This document shows positions 25,051 to 37,640 of a DNA stretch of 64,000 nt, piece by piece (the stretch's first letter is position 1; the number at the start of each line of letters is the position of its first letter). The notes beneath the pieces were generated by a model. It did no database searches. It was not told the origin of the DNA and saw nothing but the letters and a program-made list of their open reading frames with translations. The translations under genes and the position numbers were made by a program. The stretch is from Escherichia coli (GTDB lineage: Bacteria > Pseudomonadota > Gammaproteobacteria > Enterobacterales > Enterobacteriaceae). The stretch is from NCBI RefSeq assembly GCF_001677475.2, contig NZ_CP015229.1; one strand, written 5' to 3'.

Positions 25051-25863
25051 CTAGACACTTCCGAGCCGTTGATAATACTGGTTTTCATATTCTGTCGGTG
25101 ACATCTGATCGCTGGAACCATGCCGACGCTTACTGTTATAAAACATTTCGATGTAATCAAAAATATCGCTGCGGGCTTCTTCCCGCGTTCCGTAGATCTT
25201 TTTCTTTATCCGTTCGCGTTTCAACAACTGGAAAAAGCTTTCTGCAACCGCATTATCATGGCAGTTACCGCGACGGCTCATGCTGCCCTCCAGGCCGTGT
25301 GATTTCAGGAACGACTGCCACTCATGGCTTGTGTACTGACTGCCCTGATCCGAATGAACCAGCACCTGTTTTTGGGGATTACGGCGCCATACAGCCATCA
25401 GCAGTGCGTTCAGGACAATGTCCTTTGTCATCCGGGATTGCATGGACCAGCCGATAATTTTGCGTGAGAACAGATCAACAACCACGGCAAGATACAGCCA
25501 GCCTTCGTGGGTCCTGATGTAGGTTATGTCCGTTACCCAACGCTTATCCGGAGCATCCGGATTGAACTGTCGCTGGAGCCTGTTGGGCGACACGATACTG
25601 GCCTCGCCTTTACGTGCCCGCGGGCTCCGGTATCCGACCTGAGCCTTTATCCCGACACGTTTCATCAGTCGCCAGACTCTGTTCACTCCGCACTGTTGCC
25701 CGCTGTCCCGCAGATCCAGATGGATTTTGCGATAACCATAGACGCATCCCGATTCCAGCCAGAACTGTTTAATCTGCCCTGTCAGCCTCAGGTCTGCCTG
25801 ATGGCGTTGTGAATGCGGCTGCTGAAGCCAGGCGTAAAAACCACTGGGATGAACATCCAGCAC
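25051..25863 (-). CDS. IS3-family transposase OrfB (DDE catalytic domain; expressed as OrfAB fusion)
   Basis: ORF with DDE integrase-core motifs (KRWVTDITYIRT, LVHSDQGSQYTS, CHDNAVAESFF). Confidence 0.85.
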   Translation of the reverse strand: MLDVHPSGFYAWLQQPHSQRHQADLRLTGQIKQFWLESGCVYGYRKIHLDLRDSGQQCGVNRVWRLMKRVGIKAQVGYRSPRARKGEASIVSPNRLQRQFNPDAPDKRWVTDITYIRTHEGWLYLAVVVDLFSRKIIGWSMQSRMTKDIVLNALLMAVWRRNPQKQVLVHSDQGSQYTSHEWQSFLKSHGLEGSMSRRGNCHDNAVAESFFQLLKRERIKKKIYGTREEARSDIFDYIEMFYNSKRRHGSSDQMSPTEYENQYYQRLGSV

Positions 25864-25919
25864 CCGACAGAGCAGGCGAACAGGCCAGCAACAGGTGTTG
25901 TCACGGATAAAGGCGTACC

Positions 25920-26204
25920 TCAGTCGGACAGCTTTGCGAAGTACGCCGCGGCTTTTTTTAATATGTCCCGTTCGTCGGTAACCCGCTTCAGCTCTTTCTG
26001 GAGACGGCGGATCTCGGCCTGAGCATCTGACTGTTCTTTATTAGCGGAAGAATCCGGACCGTACTTCTTTATCCAGGCGTAAAGGCTGTGGGTGGTGATA
26101 TCGAGACGTGTTGCAACGCTGGCAACAGAATAACCGCGATCAACAACCTGTTTGACTGCTTCAATTTTAAACTCTTCGGGATAACGCTTACCGCTCATGG
26201 GCAC
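25920..26204 (-). CDS. IS3-family transposase OrfA (HTH)
   Basis: 94 aa ORF with HTH and leucine-zipper-like C-terminus ending at the frameshift site. Confidence 0.85.
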   Translation of the reverse strand: MPMSGKRYPEEFKIEAVKQVVDRGYSVASVATRLDITTHSLYAWIKKYGPDSSANKEQSDAQAEIRRLQKELKRVTDERDILKKAAAYFAKLSD

Positions 26205-26427
26205 CTCTCTTTAAGCCATCTTAAATGACTCTGAGGTGTCTGTTAAACCCGTGGCGATTCAAAGATCGTCCAAGAGCGCACCAAATAACAGATGGTTATA
26301 GTCGTCGAAAACATCAGTCGCCTAAGTTCACCTTAGAACTAGTGCTGTTTTGTGTCCCACCCATGCCCCACTGCCCCTTCTTTTCCTTCCTGCCCTATAC
26401 TTTCAGTCTGACTGACTGGAGGCTTCT

Positions 26428-27018
26428 ATGTGTGGACGTTTTGCACAAGCCCAAACCCGTGAAGAATACCTGGCATACCTGGCCGATGAGGCTGATCGCG
26501 ATATCGCATACGACCCGGAGCCTATTGGCCGGTACAACGTGGCGCCCGGTACCAAAGTTCTGCTCCTGAACGAACGCGACGAGCAGCTGCACCTCGATCC
26601 GGTTCTGTGGTCGTACGCGCCCGGGTGGTGGGATAAGCAGCCGCTGATTAACGCGCGCGTCGAGACGGCGGCCACTAGCCGCATGTTCAAACCTCTCTGG
26701 CAGCATGGCCGGGCGATCTGTTTTGCAGATGGGTGGTTCGAATGGAAGAAGGAAGGCGAAAAGAAACAGCCCTACTTCATTATCAACCCGGTCACTGGTA
26801 AGCCGGTCTCGGGTAATAACAAAGGCAGTATGTTGCTCATCTGGCGACCATTCCCGCGGGCAAACTGCCACTTCGCAACAGTGGAGAGGGATGAGTTGAT
26901 GACATTCGGAGCGAAACTTCTCGCCCGGTGGGAGGCCGCATATGGATTAAAGTACACCTCTGGTAATCCATGTATAATTAGATACCAGAGGAGCTTTGAA
27001 CCAAAAAAATATTATTAA
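26428..27018 (+). pseudogene. truncated divergent second copy of SRAP/yedK (only N-terminal ~115 codons are YedK-like)
   Basis: MCGRFAQAQTREEYLAYLADEADRDIAYDPEPIGRYNVAPGTKVLLL... parallels yedK to KKQPYF, then unrelated sequence; nucleotide level clearly diverged from yedK; upstream leader also yedK-like. Confidence 0.7.
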
Positions 27019-27812
27019 TTTCTATGTCTATAGGAGCCTCCAAGTCTAAATCCAAAAGTATATCTTTTAATATTATCAAACAAAAAAGCCTGCTCGTTAT
27101 TAAATATATTCAATTGAGACAGCTTTTCCATGAATGTTTTTGTCTCATCCATAAACTTCTCTGCAAATGAAGGATGTTTTAGCGCTTCAAAGAGTGTTGC
27201 GGAAAAATTTGTTTTTGCAAACATAGAGGCGCTTTGTAATTTATTTTGCCACTTAACTAAATAGTCATCACCTTCATTGTTTAATATTTCTTGGCTTGGC
27301 AGAACCAGTGCTGTTCCATGTGCTATAGCGTTCCGAAGGTGGAACATAGCAGTGAACGCATTTTTATCGGACATCATATCTTCAACCTTCAAGCCAGTAT
27401 AATCTTTAATCGCCTTTTTAAGATTATCCCAGCTCCCATTTGCTTCTAACTCTATATGCAAATTGAAAATCTTGTTATACGATCGAAAAATAGTTCTTGC
27501 GTTTTCTTTATTTGGTTCCGTTGCTGCAAGTTCCCCCATTGCATGGTGATCTTTCGATACAGCAGCGGTGAAAACCTGCCTCAAAATACCTTCAACAATC
27601 GCAGCATTCAGACTTATTAACGTGAGATTTCTGAATATGTTCTCATCTTTTAAAACTATTGTTTCTTTTGGGTTGCCATAGCGATCAAGTTGATCATAAT
27701 CCTTGTCTATTGCACCATTTTTAATCTTAATCGCAATTTCTTCGTATTGCTGAAGTAAATAAACATTAGTATTAAATATGTTAAATGAAGTTATCCTCGG
27801 AACAATTTCCAT
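27015..27812 (-). CDS. hypothetical protein with Rx4H (HEPN-type) motif; candidate abortive-infection/toxin-like RNase
   Basis: AT-rich ORF; internal ATG at 27812 (MEIVPR...) has a GAGGGG RBS, the ORF-track start at 27833 does not; motif FHLRNAIAHG fits the HEPN R-x4-6-H signature; no other domain recognised. Confidence 0.55.
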   Translation of the reverse strand: MEIVPRITSFNIFNTNVYLLQQYEEIAIKIKNGAIDKDYDQLDRYGNPKETIVLKDENIFRNLTLISLNAAIVEGILRQVFTAAVSKDHHAMGELAATEPNKENARTIFRSYNKIFNLHIELEANGSWDNLKKAIKDYTGLKVEDMMSDKNAFTAMFHLRNAIAHGTALVLPSQEILNNEGDDYLVKWQNKLQSASMFAKTNFSATLFEALKHPSFAEKFMDETKTFMEKLSQLNIFNNEQAFLFDNIKRYTFGFRLGGSYRHRN

Positions 27813-28015
27813 TGTCACACCCCTCGATTTCATTAAATCCTGATATGAGAAGCTATGGTATCAACAAATGTGAAAAAATCTAGTTAGAACCCAGAAAAAT
27901 GCTTAATAGGCCATTTAAGCAACGTCTTAATACTTATCGAATACTTGGAGATGTAGCAGAACCCCGGAGGTATTAAGCGGAGAATTCTACGCGCTATGCG
28001 TGCGACATGAGGAGG

Positions 28016-28228
28016 TTAAGCAATCATTCCGAAATGCTTCATCGCTTGCTCGATGAAAGTAACGTAATTAACAGGGCATTCATACACTTTTGAGTCAGGA
28101 GAGATACGGTTCGGCGCCTTCTTCATCTTGAACCCATGCATGTGCTTAACATGAGCGATATGGCATGTCTTAACACTGACACCATGGTTAGCTTTGACGT
28201 ATTCCTGGATCTGCTTATAGGTAGCCAT
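28016..28228 (-). CDS. small Cys/His-rich hypothetical protein (70 aa), possible partner of the HEPN-motif gene
   Basis: Start MATYKQIQEYVK preceded by AAGGAG RBS; same strand and immediately upstream of 27015..27812. Confidence 0.5.
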   Translation of the reverse strand: MATYKQIQEYVKANHGVSVKTCHIAHVKHMHGFKMKKAPNRISPDSKVYECPVNYVTFIEQAMKHFGMIA

Positions 28229-28342
28229 GCACCTCTCCTTTTTCATCACGACTCAATATACATGACAGGAAGCGCAGTGATAGCCAGTTATGTTCTAACC
28301 TGAGATTTAACCCGCGATATACTTTCTGCAACGGAGGATCCC

Positions 28343-28591
28343 ATGGCAGAAAGAAATGATAAGCCGCCTAAACCGGTTGCTGTCAGTCGGAGAATAATCA
28401 AAGGGCTTAGTCAATGCGAGCGGTGCAAGAAAACAAGGCTGGAGTGCCGCCGCATAGCGATGTCAGACGGAACAAGAATCGTCGCCTGTTTTGATTGTAT
28501 GACCGCCAAAAGCATAACTGGTAAAAAGCAAAAAAAGCTCAAAGTGTTTGAAATTTTAACCGCCTTTGAATCATCTCGACGAAAGCACTAA
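28343..28591 (+). CDS. C4 zinc-finger protein (CxxC...CxxC), putative island regulator
   Basis: 82 aa ORF with GGAGGA RBS; CERCKK...CFDC motif. Confidence 0.55.
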   Translation: MAERNDKPPKPVAVSRRIIKGLSQCERCKKTRLECRRIAMSDGTRIVACFDCMTAKSITGKKQKKLKVFEILTAFESSRRKH

Positions 28592-28640
28592 CCATCTATA
28601 GCCGCCCACTGAGGCGGTTTCTTTTTGCCTGGAGAAAACC

Positions 28641-28886
28641 ATGAGCGACATTATCAACCTGGTACCGAATAAATGGGTGACTGAGCAGAACCTGATCGCA
28701 GTCACCGGATTAAGGCCAGGAACCATTGAACGAGCCCGCCGCGAGTCATGGTTCGCCGGCCGCGAATATATGCATGTTTCACCCGATGGAAACCCAAAGC
28801 CAAACAGTGAATGCATGTACAACACAGAAGCCATTAATCACTGGATCGAACAGCAAGCATCAAAACAGCCGGGTGCTCATTCATGA
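28641..28886 (+). CDS. excisionase-like DNA-binding protein
   Basis: 81 aa ORF immediately upstream of the integrase, with RBS; the Xis-like assignment is by position and size only. Confidence 0.5.
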   Translation: MSDIINLVPNKWVTEQNLIAVTGLRPGTIERARRESWFAGREYMHVSPDGNPKPNSECMYNTEAINHWIEQQASKQPGAHS

Positions 28887-28931
28887 TGAACGGGTTATGC
28901 TTATCAGGCTCTTGGACGTCAGGAGGGGATA

Positions 28932-30233
28932 ATGGCTAAATCAGCATACCCAACAGGCGTTGAGAACCACGGAGGAACTCTCCGCATATGGTTCATCTAT
29001 AAAGGCAGCCGGGTTCGTGAAAGTCTCGGCGTGCCGGATACACCAAAAAACAGAAAGATCGCTGGCGAGCTACGCGCGTCGGTGTGCTTTTCGATTAAGA
29101 CCGGTAACTTCAATTATGCGGCCCAGTTTCCGGACTCACCTAATCTGAAAAGATTTGGCGTGGAGAGTAAGGAAATAACCGTGCTGGAACTAGCGAACAA
29201 GTGGCTTGAACTGAAGCGTATGGAGATCAGCACCAACGCGATGTCACGCTATGCATCTATAGCGCGCAACATGGTGCCCAGGATTGGTGGGGACAGGCTG
29301 GTATCTGCGGTAACGCAGGAAGATCTGCTGTTTATCAGGAAGGAATTGCTGACCGGTTATCACACGCTGAAAGTCGGGCAGAAAACGCCGGTTAAGGGCC
29401 GCTCAGTCAGAACGGTCAACAACTACATGAAGACCATGGGCGGGATGTTTAAGTTTGCCGCTGATAGCGGTTATGTACGGGTGAATCCGTTCACCGGGAT
29501 CGCCATGCTTAAGCGGTCACGATGCGAGTCTGACCCGCTGACGCGCGATGAGTTTGTCAGGTTGATTAACGCCTGCGCCCACCAGCAACTGAAAAACATG
29601 TGGTCTCTTGCCGTCTACACCGGCGTGCGCCACGGAGAACTTGTGTCGCTGGCCTGGGAAGATATCGACATGAAAGCGGGTACGATGATGATCCGCCGGA
29701 ACCACACGTTAACGAAGGAATTCACCCTTCCGAAAACAGAGGCCGGGACTGACCGTATCATCAACCTCATTCAGCCAGCGATCGACGTGCTGAAGAGCCA
29801 GGCCGAATTAACACGCCTGGGTAAGCAGTATCAGGTTGAGGTGAAACTGCGCGAGTATGGCCGAACCGATGTGCATCCGTGCACGTTCGTGTTCAACCCG
29901 CAGATCGCTTCGCGTAACAGCCGTGCCGGGCATCATTACGCAGTGGGGTCGATCAACCAGTCATGGGAGGCAGCAATGCGGCGCGCCGGGATTCGCTATC
30001 GCAGAGCATACCAGTCCCGACACACGTATGCATGCTGGTCGTTGGCTGCCGGTGCCAACCCGAACTTCATCGCGAAGCAAATGGGCCACACCGACGCGCA
30101 AATGGTTTACCGGGTGTACGGATCCTGGATGGCTGAAAATAACCAGGACCAGGTACTCATCCTCAACCAGAAATTGAGTGAGTTTGCCCCATCCATGCCC
30201 CACGCCGTGGGAACGGATGGTTATTATTTATAA
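28932..30233 (+). CDS. site-specific tyrosine recombinase (phage-type integrase), intact
   Basis: 433 aa ORF with AGGAGG RBS; C-terminal catalytic region (RHTYACW..., GHTDAQMVYRVYG). Confidence 0.9.
   Translation: MAKSAYPTGVENHGGTLRIWFIYKGSRVRESLGVPDTPKNRKIAGELRASVCFSIKTGNFNYAAQFPDSPNLKRFGVESKEITVLELANKWLELKRMEISTNAMSRYASIARNMVPRIGGDRLVSAVTQEDLLFIRKELLTGYHTLKVGQKTPVKGRSVRTVNNYMKTMGGMFKFAADSGYVRVNPFTGIAMLKRSRCESDPLTRDEFVRLINACAHQQLKNMWSLAVYTGVRHGELVSLAWEDIDMKAGTMMIRRNHTLTKEFTLPKTEAGTDRIINLIQPAIDVLKSQAELTRLGKQYQVEVKLREYGRTDVHPCTFVFNPQIASRNSRAGHHYAVGSINQSWEAAMRRAGIRYRRAYQSRHTYACWSLAAGANPNFIAKQMGHTDAQMVYRVYGSWMAENNQDQVLILNQKLSEFAPSMPHAVGTDGYYL
30165..30205. repeat. 41-bp direct repeat, right copy (within integrase 3' end)
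   Basis: Identical to 24904..24944. Confidence 0.85.
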
Positions 30234-30253
30234 ATATCATTAGGTTAGGTAAC

Positions 30254-30568
30254 CTAAACTTGCATGCCCATCACTTCCTGATACGCCGCCACCAGCTTAT
30301 TACGCACCTGAATCCCCATTTGCATAGAAACTGAGGCTTTTTGCATATCGGTCATCACATCGTTTAACGCCACGCCGGGTTCACCGAGAGTGAATTTTTC
30401 TGCCTGCGTGCGGGCGGCTGTTTGTGTATCGCTTATGCGATCGAGCGCGGCGTGCAGCTGCCCGGCAAAACTAATGGTCGGTTGCGGCAGTGATTCCTGC
30501 GCACGCGCACTCATCGCCGTAGCCTGTAACTGGCTGATAACCCCTTCAATCCCCTGTATCGCTGACAT
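30254..30568 (-). CDS. fliE: flagellar hook-basal body protein FliE
   Basis: Matches recalled FliE from [16 protein letters not shown]-terminus here is VMGMQV. Confidence 0.93.
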   Translation of the reverse strand: MSAIQGIEGVISQLQATAMSARAQESLPQPTISFAGQLHAALDRISDTQTAARTQAEKFTLGEPGVALNDVMTDMQKASVSMQMGIQVRNKLVAAYQEVMGMQV

Positions 30569-30782
30569 TTTCATCTCCCGGATAATTTCTGGTAGCAAAG
30601 CCTACCAGTAAGTCAATAAGACAAAGGCGCTAAATAGCAACAAAAAAACGGGTTTATTGGCGGATAAAAAAAAACGAAAGCACAAATAATGGGAGCGTCA
30701 ATTTTTCGAGTTTGCTGACCCGGGAGTGAGTCTTGTTCCACTTTGCCAATAACGCCGTCCATAATCAGCCACGAGGTGCGCG

Positions 30783-34107
<3,325 letters not shown>

Positions 34108-34108
<1 letters not shown>

Positions 34109-35481
34109 TGACCACGCGCCTGACTCGCTGGCTAACCACGCTGGATAATTTTGAAGCCAAAATGGCGCAGTTGCCTGCGGTACGTCGCTACGGGCGATTA
34201 ACTCGCGCTACCGGGCTGGTGCTGGAAGCCACCGGATTACAATTGCCGCTCGGCGCAACCTGTGTCATTGAGCGCCAGAACGGCAGCGAAACGCACGAAG
34301 TAGAAAGCGAAGTAGTCGGCTTTAACGGTCAACGGCTGTTTTTAATGCCGCTGGAGGAAGTGGAAGGTGTCCTGCCCGGCGCGCGGGTTTATGCCAAAAA
34401 CATTTCGGCTGAAGGACTGCAAAGCGGCAAGCAGTTGCCGCTCGGTCCGGCGTTATTAGGTCGTGTTCTGGACGGCAGCGGTAAACCGCTCGATGGCCTC
34501 CCCTCCCCCGATACGACGGAAACCGGTGCGCTGATTACCCCGCCATTTAACCCGTTGCAACGTACACCGATTGAACATGTGCTGGACACCGGCGTGCGCC
34601 CAATCAATGCCTTGCTTACCGTCGGACGCGGGCAGCGTATGGGGCTGTTTGCCGGGTCCGGCGTTGGTAAAAGTGTGCTGCTGGGGATGATGGCCCGTTA
34701 CACCCGTGCCGATGTCATTGTCGTGGGTTTGATTGGTGAACGTGGGCGCGAAGTAAAAGATTTTATTGAGAATATCCTCGGTGCTGAAGGGCGTGCACGC
34801 TCAGTAGTGATTGCCGCTCCGGCGGATGTTTCTCCGCTCCTGCGAATGCAGGGTGCCGCCTATGCCACGCGCATTGCCGAAGATTTTCGCGATCGTGGTC
34901 AGCATGTGTTGCTGATTATGGACTCCCTCACCCGCTACGCGATGGCCCAGCGTGAGATTGCGCTGGCGATTGGCGAACCACCCGCCACTAAAGGTTATCC
35001 ACCGTCGGTGTTTGCCAAATTACCGGCACTGGTCGAGCGTGCCGGAAATGGCATTAGCGGCGGCGGATCGATTACCGCGTTTTATACCGTGCTCACCGAA
35101 GGCGATGACCAGCAGGACCCCATTGCTGACTCCGCACGGGCAATCCTCGACGGTCATATTGTGCTGTCTCGCCGACTGGCGGAAGCCGGACACTATCCGG
35201 CTATCGATATTGAAGCGTCGATCAGCCGCGCAATGACGGCGTTGATCAGTGAGCAACATTACGCGCGAGTGCGCACCTTCAAACAGCTGTTGTCGAGTTT
35301 TCAGCGTAACCGCGATCTGGTTAGCGTCGGCGCGTATGCCAAAGGCAGCGATCCGATGCTCGATAAAGCCATCGCCCTGTGGCCGCAGCTGGAGGGATAT
35401 TTGCAACAAGGCATTTTTGAACGTGCGGACTGGGAAGCGTCTCTCCAGGGGCTGGAGCGTATTTTCCCGACAGTGTCATAA
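34108..35481 (+). CDS. fliI: flagellum-specific ATPase FliI
   Basis: 457 aa with Walker A GSGVGKS. Confidence 0.95.
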
Positions 35482-35499
35482 CCCAGGAGATAACGGCAG

Positions 35500-35943
35500 A
35501 TGGCAGAACATGGCGCGCTGGCGACCCTGAAAGATCTGGCAGAAAAAGAGGTAGAGGATGCCGCGCGCCTGCTGGGTGAAATGCGTCGCGGATGTCAGCA
35601 GGCGGAAGAACAGCTCAAAATGCTGATCGATTATCAGAATGAATATCGCAATAACCTCAACAGCGATATGAGTGCCGGGATGACCAGCAACCGCTGGATC
35701 AACTATCAGCAGTTTATCCAGACGCTGGAAAAAGCCATTACTCAGCATCGCCAGCAACTTAATCAGTGGACGCAGAAAGTTGACATTGCCCTGAACAGCT
35801 GGCGAGAAAAGAAACAACGTTTGCAGGCCTGGCAGACACTGCAGGAACGGCAATCCACGGCGGCACTGCTTGCAGAAAACCGCCTCGATCAGAAAAAGAT
35901 GGATGAGTTCGCCCAGCGCGCCGCCATGAGGAAACCTGAATGA
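35500..35943 (+). CDS. fliJ: flagellar export chaperone FliJ
   Basis: 147 aa. Confidence 0.93.
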   Translation: MAEHGALATLKDLAEKEVEDAARLLGEMRRGCQQAEEQLKMLIDYQNEYRNNLNSDMSAGMTSNRWINYQQFIQTLEKAITQHRQQLNQWTQKVDIALNSWREKKQRLQAWQTLQERQSTAALLAENRLDQKKMDEFAQRAAMRKPE

Positions 35944-37067
35944 TTCGCTTAGCGCCCTTGATTACCGCCGACGTTGACACCACCACATTACCTGGCGGCA
36001 AAGCCAGCGATGCTGCACAAGATTTTCTCGCGTTGTTGAGCGAAGCATTCGCAGGCGCGACAACAACCGACAAAGCGGCCCCCCAGTTGCTGGTGGCAAC
36101 TGATAAGCCCTCGGCAAAAGGCGAGCCGCTGGTCAGCGATATTCTTTCAGACGCGCAACAAGCAGATTTACTGATCCCTGTGGATGAAACACCGCCTGTC
36201 ATCAACGACGAACAATCCACATCAACACCGTTAACCACCGCTCAGACGATAACGTTGGCTGCGGCGGCTGACAACAATACGGCAAAAGACGAAAAAGCGG
36301 ATGATCTGAATGAAGACGTCACCGCCAGCCTGAGTGCCCTTTTTGCGATGTTGCCGGGTTTTGACAATACGCCCAAAGTGACTGATGCACCGTCAACCGT
36401 ATTACCGACAGAGAAACCAACGCTCTTCACAAAACTGACTTCTGCGCAACTCACAACAGCACAGCCTGATGACGCCCCCGGCACATCAGCTCAGCCATTA
36501 ACACCGCTGGTAGCAGAATCCCAGAGTAAAGCGGAAGTCATCAGCACACCTTCGCCGGTGACTGCTGCCGCCAGCCCGCTAATCACTCCACACCAGACAC
36601 AGCCACTGCCCACCGTCGCCGCGCCTGTTTTGAGTGCACCGCTGGGTTCTCACGAATGGCAACAATCATTAAGCCAGCATATTTCGCTGTTTACCCGCCA
36701 GGGGCAACAAAGCGCAGAGTTGCGTCTGCACCCGCAGGATTTAGGTGAAGTGCAAATCTCCCTCAAAGTGGATGATAACCAGGCGCAAATCCAGATGGTT
36801 TCACCGCATCAACACGTACGCGCCGCGCTGGAAGCAGCGCTTCCGGTACTGCGTACGCAGCTGGCCGAAAGTGGCATTCAGTTAGGGCAAAGCAACATCA
36901 GTGGCGAAAGCTTTAGTGGTCAACAGCAGGCAGCTTCCCAGCAACAGCAAAGCCAACGCACAGCAAACCATGAACCTCTGGCGGGGGAAGACGACGATAC
37001 GCTTCCGGTTCCCGTCTCTTTACAAGGGCGTGTAACAGGCAACAGCGGCGTTGATATTTTCGCCTAA
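35940..37067 (+). CDS. fliK: flagellar hook-length control protein FliK
   Basis: 375 aa, Pro/Thr/Ala-rich. Confidence 0.93.
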   Translation: MIRLAPLITADVDTTTLPGGKASDAAQDFLALLSEAFAGATTTDKAAPQLLVATDKPSAKGEPLVSDILSDAQQADLLIPVDETPPVINDEQSTSTPLTTAQTITLAAAADNNTAKDEKADDLNEDVTASLSALFAMLPGFDNTPKVTDAPSTVLPTEKPTLFTKLTSAQLTTAQPDDAPGTSAQPLTPLVAESQSKAEVISTPSPVTAAASPLITPHQTQPLPTVAAPVLSAPLGSHEWQQSLSQHISLFTRQGQQSAELRLHPQDLGEVQISLKVDDNQAQIQMVSPHQHVRAALEAALPVLRTQLAESGIQLGQSNISGESFSGQQQAASQQQQSQRTANHEPLAGEDDDTLPVPVSLQGRVTGNSGVDIFA

Positions 37068-37171
37068 CGTCAGAGGTAGCACCGTAATCCGCGTCTTTTC
37101 CCCGCTTTGTTGCGCTCAAGACGCAGGATAATTAGCCGATAAGCAGTAGCGACACAGGAAGACCGCAACAC

Positions 37172-37636
37172 ATGACTGATTACGCGATAAGCAAGAAAAG
37201 CAAGCGATCGCTTTGGATCCCGATTCTGGTATTCATTACCCTCGCGGCCTGTGCCAGCGCAGGTTACAGCTACTGGCATTCGCATCAGGTTGCCGCTGAA
37301 GACAAAGCGCAGCAACGCGTCGTGCCCTCCCCGGTCTTCTATGCGCTGGATACCTTTACGGTCAATTTGGGCGATGCGGATCGCGTGCTTTATATCGGCA
37401 TAACCCTGCGCCTGAAAGATGAAGCTACCCGCTCGCGGCTGAGTGAGTATTTGCCGGAAGTCCGTAGCCGTTTGCTGTTACTGTTTTCGCGTCAGGATGC
37501 TGCCGTACTGGCGACAGAAGAAGGCAAGAAAAACCTGATTGCCGAGATTAAAACCACACTTTCCACCCCGCTTGTTGCCGGGCAACCGAAACAGGATGTC
37601 ACCGACGTGCTGTATACCGCTTTTATTCTGCGATAA
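37172..37636 (+). CDS. fliL: flagellar basal body-associated protein FliL
   Basis: 154 aa. Confidence 0.93.
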   Translation: MTDYAISKKSKRSLWIPILVFITLAACASAGYSYWHSHQVAAEDKAQQRVVPSPVFYALDTFTVNLGDADRVLYIGITLRLKDEATRSRLSEYLPEVRSRLLLLFSRQDAAVLATEEGKKNLIAEIKTTLSTPLVAGQPKQDVTDVLYTAFILR

Positions 37637-37640
37637 CGAC

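Larger units (their letters stand above)
25033..26261 (-). mobile_element. IS3-family insertion sequence (~1.23 kb) with orfA/orfB, programmed -1 frameshift and 3-bp AAG target-site duplication
   Basis: Terminal inverted repeats TGAATCGCCACGG (25033) and CCGTGGCGATTCA (ending 26261); AAG flanks both ends; A7G slippery motif on minus strand at 25952..25960. Confidence 0.85.

Noticed and set aside
35940-37067. Possible repeat array in the Pro/Thr/Ala-rich region of fliK, and the QGxEQG repeats in fliH
   Set aside because: Low-complexity coding sequence native to these flagellar proteins, not CRISPR or other non-coding repeats; no CRISPR array is evident anywhere in the window.
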